Both the position numbers and the translations under genes were made by a program. A stretch of 33,929 nucleotides of DNA from Bacteroidales bacterium (GTDB lineage: Bacteria > Bacteroidota > Bacteroidia > Bacteroidales > GWF2-35-48). Location: contig JAVHQG010000317.1 of NCBI GenBank assembly GCA_036171035.1, forward strand, positions 1 through 33,929. Direction: 5' to 3'. Below are positions 29,344 to 33,929 of this stretch, one piece after another. Every line of letters begins with the position of its first letter. Position 1 is the stretch's first letter. The notes under the pieces were generated by a model, which saw nothing but the letters and a program-made list of their open reading frames with translations, was not told where the DNA came from and made no database searches.

Positions 29344-31440
29344 CTAAAATCTATATAAAAGTGAGTGAAAAATTTTATCTGCAATAGTTTCTGATACTCT
29401 TTCAAAGTTTGCAACTTCCATTGTTGATGTTGCTCTTCCAGACGATATTGTTCTTAATACTGTAACATAACCAAAAGTTTCAGCCAAAGGTAATAAAGCA
29501 TTAATGATTCTTAATTTACCTCTTGAATCCATACCTAAAATCTGACCTCTTCTTCTGTTAATATCTGCAACAATGTCGCCCATATATTCTTCCGGCGTTT
29601 CAATTTCAGTTTTCATTATTGGTTCCAGTAAAACAGGTTCCCCTTTTCTTGTTGCTTCCTTAAATGCAATTTTTGCTGCAATTTCGAAAGATAGGGCATC
29701 AGAATCAACAGGATGTGTTGCTCCATCAATTAAGGTAACTTTTAGACTTTCCATTGGATAACCACCTAAAGGTCCATTTGACAATGCTTCTCTAAATCCT
29801 TTTTCAATAGCTACGATATACTCTTTAGGCAAAGCACCGCCTTTTATTTCATTTTTAAAAATAAGACCAATTACCCCTTTTGCAGTTGGTTCTATTCTTA
29901 CAGAAATATCAGCAAATTTACCTTTTCCTCCCGTTTGTTTTTTAAATACTTCACGGTGTTCAACAACTTTTGTGATAGCTTCTCTATAAGCAACTTGAGG
30001 AGTTCCATGGTTGCATTGAACATTGAACTCTCGGTTTAATCTATCAATTAAGATTTCCAAATGAAGTTCTCCCATACCACTCATCAACGTTTGACCTGTA
30101 TTTTCGTCTATGTTAACTGTAAAAGTTGGGTCTTCTTCTGTTAATTTGGCTAAAGCGTTATTTAATTTATCGAAATCTGCTTGTGTTACGGGTTCGATTG
30201 CTATCCCTAATACTGGTAAAGGAAAGCTGATTGATTCCAGTAAAATAGGTTGTTTTTCATCAGCTAAAGTATCACCTGTGTGAACGTCTTTACAACCTAC
30301 AACAGCACAAATATCACCAGCTTCAATCACTTCTTTCGGAATCTGCTTATTTGCATGCATTTGAAAAAGTCTAGACACTCTTTCTTTTTTACCAGTACGG
30401 ACATTATAAACATAACTTCCCTCATGAATTGATCCTGAATAAACCCGAAGAAAAGACAAGCGACCTACAAATGGGTCTGTTGCGATTTTAAAGACGAGTC
30501 CTGCAAATGGATCTGAAACTGATGGATTTCTAATTATTTTCTTATCGGTTTTAGGGTCAGTACCGAATACAGCTCCTACATCCATTGGGCTTGGGAGCAA
30601 ACAAGTAATATAATCTAGAAGTTTCTGAATGCCCTTATTTTTTGCTGACGCACCACATAAAACAGGTATAATGTTTTGTTTTATTGTAGCTTTTCTTGCG
30701 ACGGTTAAAAATTCATCGACTGTGATTTTTGAACGATCGTCGAGAAATTTCTCCATAATTGCATCATCTGTTTCAATAACTGCTTCAACTAATTTCTCGC
30801 GCCATTCTTCTGTAATTTCTTTTAGTTCAGCAGGTATTTCACTTTCATGATATTGAACGCCGAAGTCATCATCTGACCAAGTAATAGCTTTTCTAGTTAT
30901 TAAATCAACAACTCCCTTAAAATCATCTTCCACGCCAATTGGAATTTGGAAAGGAATTGGATTTGCACCTAATCTATGTTCTATTTGATGTACTACACTA
31001 TAAAAATCTGCACCAGAACGATCCATTTTATTAACAAATACGATTCTTGGTACATTGTACTTATCAGCTTGTCTCCAAACTGTTTCTGATTGAGGCTGTA
31101 CACCGCCCACAGCACAAAAAATGGCAACTGCTCCATCGAGTACTCTCAAAGATCGTTCAACTTCAACAGTGAAATCGACATGCCCCGGAGTATCTATAAT
31201 ATTTATTTTATATAGATTATTATTCCAATTCCAAAAAGTAGTAGTAGCAGCCGAAGTAATGGTAATTCCTCTTTCCTGTTCTTGAATCATCCAATCCATT
31301 GTAGCAGTACCATCATCAACTTCTCCAATTTTATGATTGATGCCAGTATAATATAAAATACGTTCAGTAGTAGTAGTCTTACCTGCATCAATGTGTGCCA
31401 TGATACCGATATTTCTAGTATATGTTAAATCTGAACTCAT
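29344..31440 (-). CDS. fusA: Elongation factor G (str-operon copy, somewhat divergent)
   Basis: [48 protein letters not shown]. Start set at ATG 31440. Confidence 0.97.
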   Translation of the reverse strand: MSSDLTYTRNIGIMAHIDAGKTTTTERILYYTGINHKIGEVDDGTATMDWMIQEQERGITITSAATTTFWNWNNNLYKINIIDTPGHVDFTVEVERSLRVLDGAVAIFCAVGGVQPQSETVWRQADKYNVPRIVFVNKMDRSGADFYSVVHQIEHRLGANPIPFQIPIGVEDDFKGVVDLITRKAITWSDDDFGVQYHESEIPAELKEITEEWREKLVEAVIETDDAIMEKFLDDRSKITVDEFLTVARKATIKQNIIPVLCGASAKNKGIQKLLDYITCLLPSPMDVGAVFGTDPKTDKKIIRNPSVSDPFAGLVFKIATDPFVGRLSFLRVYSGSIHEGSYVYNVRTGKKERVSRLFQMHANKQIPKEVIEAGDICAVVGCKDVHTGDTLADEKQPILLESISFPLPVLGIAIEPVTQADFDKLNNALAKLTEEDPTFTVNIDENTGQTLMSGMGELHLEILIDRLNREFNVQCNHGTPQVAYREAITKVVEHREVFKKQTGGKGKFADISVRIEPTAKGVIGLIFKNEIKGGALPKEYIVAIEKGFREALSNGPLGGYPMESLKVTLIDGATHPVDSDALSFEIAAKIAFKEATRKGEPVLLEPIMKTEIETPEEYMGDIVADINRRRGQILGMDSRGKLRIINALLPLAETFGYVTVLRTISSGRATSTMEVANFERVSETIADKIFHSLLYRF

Positions 31441-31463
31441 TATATTATAATACAATATTTTGG

Positions 31464-31940
31464 TTAAAATCTAAAATGTGAAAACGCTTTATTTGCATCA
31501 GCCATTCTGTGAGTATCTTCTTTCTTTTTGTATGCTCCACCTTCTTCATTATATGCAGCCATGATTTCAGCAGCAAGTTTTTCTTTCATGCTTCTGCCGC
31601 CTCTTGATCGTGCATATTTGATAAGCCATTTATTGCTTACAGATACTCTTCTATCTGCCCTTAATTCAGTTGGAACCTGAAATGTAGCACCTCCGATTCT
31701 TCGGCTTTTAACTTCAACTGCAGGTGTGACATTTTGTAGTGCTTTTTTCCAAATTTCAAGAGGGCTAATTTCCTTGTCTTTCATTTTTTCTGCAACGATT
31801 GCGAGAGCATCATAAAACACAGTAAATGAAATACTTTTTTTACCTTTTAACATCAGGTCATTTACAAACCTTGTTACCAAAACATCATTAAATTTTGGAT
31901 CCGGTAACAATAATTTCCGTTTGGCTTTAGCTTTTCTCAT
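31464..31940 (-). CDS. rpsG: 30S ribosomal protein S7
   Basis: [28 protein letters not shown]. Confidence 0.99.
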   Translation of the reverse strand: MRKAKAKRKLLLPDPKFNDVLVTRFVNDLMLKGKKSISFTVFYDALAIVAEKMKDKEISPLEIWKKALQNVTPAVEVKSRRIGGATFQVPTELRADRRVSVSNKWLIKYARSRGGRSMKEKLAAEIMAAYNEEGGAYKKKEDTHRMADANKAFSHFRF

Positions 31941-31971
31941 ATGATTGTATTCTTGAAATTTTAATTTTTAA

Positions 31972-32379
31972 TTATTTCTTTTTTGCTGGTGCTGGTGTTC
32001 CCTTTCCAGCTTTTGGTCTTTTAGCACCATATTTTGAACGACGTTGTCTTCTCCCTTCAACTCCAGAAGTATCAAGCGCACCTCTTATAATATGATAACG
32101 CACCCCAGGTAAATCTTTTACTCTACCACCTCTAATCATTACAATTGAATGCTCTTGAAGGTTATGACCTTCTCCAGGGATATAGGCTGTTACTTCGATT
32201 CCGTTTGTTAACTTTACCCTAGCTACTTTTCTCATAGCGGAATTCGGTTTCTTTGGCGTTGTGGTATAAACCCTTGTGCAAACGCCTCTTCTTTGTGGAC
32301 AGGAATTCAAAGCCGGAGCTTTGCTCTTAAATGTAAGTTCATTTCTCCCTTTTCTCACTAACTGCTGAATTGTAGGCAT
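31972..32379 (-). CDS. rpsL: 30S ribosomal protein S12
   Basis: [29 protein letters not shown]. Confidence 0.99.
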   Translation of the reverse strand: MPTIQQLVRKGRNELTFKSKAPALNSCPQRRGVCTRVYTTTPKKPNSAMRKVARVKLTNGIEVTAYIPGEGHNLQEHSIVMIRGGRVKDLPGVRYHIIRGALDTSGVEGRRQRRSKYGAKRPKAGKGTPAPAKKK

Positions 32380-32425
32380 ATTAAGACTTTTTCTTATTTT
32401 TATTACTTTTTATTTAAACGGGTTG

Positions 32426-32456
32426 CAAAGGTATTGCTTAAATTTAAAAAAACAAT
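32426..32456 (-). promoter_or_regulatory. Promoter of the str-S10 superoperon
   Basis: Minus strand ATTG (32453-32456), N19, TACCTTTG (32426-32433), 46 nt upstream of rpsL. Confidence 0.75.
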
Positions 32457-32577
32457 AGAGTTTTTAAATATTTTTTATTTTTTTTCACAAATTATTAACA
32501 GCACGAATTGCATCGAATCCTATGGCAACAAAGGGCTTTTTTTAATTAACTAATAATCAATTATTTATATATATATA

Positions 32578-33354
32578 TTATTTTTTTGATGAAGCCAAGC
32601 GAAAGCCATTAGCATTTGTACGAAAAGATGGATAAAAACGATAACGGGTTGTGACCCGGCAATCAAAAGATTGGTTATACCATGATCCACCACGCAAAAT
32701 CTTATCTTTTCCGGAAATCGGACCAGAAGGATCTTTTTCTGGTGAATTGGCAAAATAATCAAATCCATAAAAGTCGCTGCACCATTCCCAAACATTCCCA
32801 CTCATATCATAAAGACCAAGTTCATTAGGCTGTTTAAGACCTGTCTGATGAGTTTTCTGATCCTTTTTAAGACCAAACCAAGCAACATCAGATGCATTAT
32901 TGCTTCCACTAAATCGATATCCATTACTTTTATTTCCTCCACGAGCAGCGAACTCCCATTCAGCCTCAGTAGGTATGCGAAACTGGATATCTGACTTCTC
33001 ATTTATTTTTTTAATAAAAAGCTGAACATCCTGCCAAGAAACCCCATCAACCGGACAATTTTCACATTCTTCATCATAGCTGGGATTGGTTCCCATAATT
33101 TGTTTCCATTCTTTCAAGGTTACTTCATATTTACATAGGTAGAAATCGCTAACAGTTACTTTATGAGGGGGCTGTTCATCGGCAGTACAACCCTTGCAGG
33201 AAACATTTGGATCTGTTTGTCCCATTGTGAAAGTTCCACCATTAATAAGAATTAAATTTTTTTTAATTTGAGAACGTACATCCTGACCAAAGACAATAGA
33301 TGTTGATATCAGTATCATGCAAAAACAAAACAATATGGAATAAAAAAAATTCAA
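32578..33354 (-). CDS. Secreted FGE-sulfatase (SUMF1/EgtB/PvdO-family) domain protein
   Basis: Signal peptide ending VFG-Q; GGTFTMG, KYEVT, RIPTEAEWEFAARGG, NELGLYDMSGNVWEWC, RGGSW, GFRL. Start codon uncertain (TTG). Confidence 0.9.
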   Translation of the reverse strand: MNFFYSILFCFCMILISTSIVFGQDVRSQIKKNLILINGGTFTMGQTDPNVSCKGCTADEQPPHKVTVSDFYLCKYEVTLKEWKQIMGTNPSYDEECENCPVDGVSWQDVQLFIKKINEKSDIQFRIPTEAEWEFAARGGNKSNGYRFSGSNNASDVAWFGLKKDQKTHQTGLKQPNELGLYDMSGNVWEWCSDFYGFDYFANSPEKDPSGPISGKDKILRGGSWYNQSFDCRVTTRYRFYPSFRTNANGFRLASSKK

Positions 33355-33393
33355 CTTTTGAACAAAAACGGCAGATGTACAATTTTTTTATTG

Positions 33394-33401
33394 CAAAGAT
33401 A
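33394..33401 (-). promoter_or_regulatory. -7 promoter element of the FGE-domain gene
   Basis: Minus strand TATCTTTG. The expected -33 position coincides with the edge of the MITE-like element. Confidence 0.55.
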
Positions 33402-33420
33402 AAACTTAATTCATAAAAAC

Positions 33421-33640
33421 ATTTAGTGTCAGCAAGAAAACGCCAATAATTTCGTTAAACAACCCACAAGCTCGCTCATACTGTTACTAGCAGTATGCCG
33501 GGTTTTGAAAACAGTCATTTACAAAAGTAAACTCCTTAATTTCAAAACATCGAAAGCCTTGAACACGAACATTATTCACTAATATTTTATTTTTTATGTG
33601 TTCATGAGATCGCTTCGCTAAATTATGAATCAGACACTGA
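33421..33640 (+). mobile_element. MITE-like small element, long copy
   Basis: Begins ATTTAGTGTCAGCAAGAAAACG and ends ATCAGACACTGA (11/12 match to the reverse complement of 942-953). Shares exact 37-nt and 26-nt blocks with 942-1042. Confidence 0.7.
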
Positions 33641-33929
33641 CTTTATGGACATACACTAACTAGAGAATTTACCGAATTATTTTAGTGGCTGAATCGAAAA
33701 ATTTGCCCATGACCAAGTATTTTCAGGCGTACCCTTTTAAACCGATATTTTTTTGTATCCTAATAAAACACAGGATTGCGGTTATTTGCAGATTTTCATA
33801 TAGGATCAAACTTTTGAATGAAATTGACAATACATTGAAAAAAAATATGGAATGATAATCATTTTTGATCATTTTAACCATGAGGGAAAGGTTTACATAA
33901 GTCACAAAGAAGTTTATTTTAATTTTTAT

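Noticed and set aside
29025-31464. No tuf after fusA, and no adk between secY and map
   Set aside because: Normal gene order in Bacteroidota.
31972-32379. Streptomycin-resistance alleles in rpsL
   Set aside because: Both key lysines (PKKPN, RVKDL) are wild type.
32566-32579. (TA)n tract at the FGE gene stop as a phase-variation site
   Set aside because: It lies at the 3' end, outside any promoter or reading frame it could switch.
32578-32720. C-terminus of the FGE/CLec-fold protein as a diversity-generating retroelement variable region
   Set aside because: No template repeat or reverse transcriptase seen in the window.
33848-33866. AATGATAATCATT, Fur-box-like (14/19 to GATAATGATAATCATTATC)
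   Set aside because: Plausible by chance in very AT-rich DNA, and any regulated gene lies outside the window.
33723-33905. 60-aa ORF near the right edge
   Set aside because: Low-complexity AT-rich translation with no motif.

Overview
AT-rich window from a member of Bacteroidota, probably an anaerobic Bacteroidales-like organism. The assignment rests on TAnnTTTG/TTTG promoters, the absence of Shine-Dalgarno motifs, and an rpsL-rpsG-fusA-rpsJ order without tuf. About 18 kb (14350-32379, minus strand) is the str-S10-spc-alpha ribosomal superoperon, including an rpmJ missed by the ORF track, followed by eno. Left of it is a putative amino-acid fermentation operon (ADP-forming acyl-CoA synthetase, fused IorA-IorB, PLP aminotransferase). 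This operon converges on an Mpv17/PMP22-like membrane protein and a beta-barrel porin. Further left are a rubrerythrin-like gene, an orphan glutamine amidotransferase and a Ser/Thr-rich lipoprotein. The leftmost 2.6 kb is the most unusual part. An AAA/DUF4143 ATPase and a BrnT/BrnA-like toxin-antitoxin pair sit between attC-like sites, and the ATPase is bracketed by perfectly complementary GTTATGCAC/GTGCATAAC cores, which suggests a gene-cassette array with no integrase in the window. A small MITE-like element occurs twice in inverted orientation (942-1042 and 33421-33640). Degenerate 7-nt repeat arrays lie just upstream of five genes in the ribosomal superoperon. All assignments come from motif recognition by eye; no database search was run.
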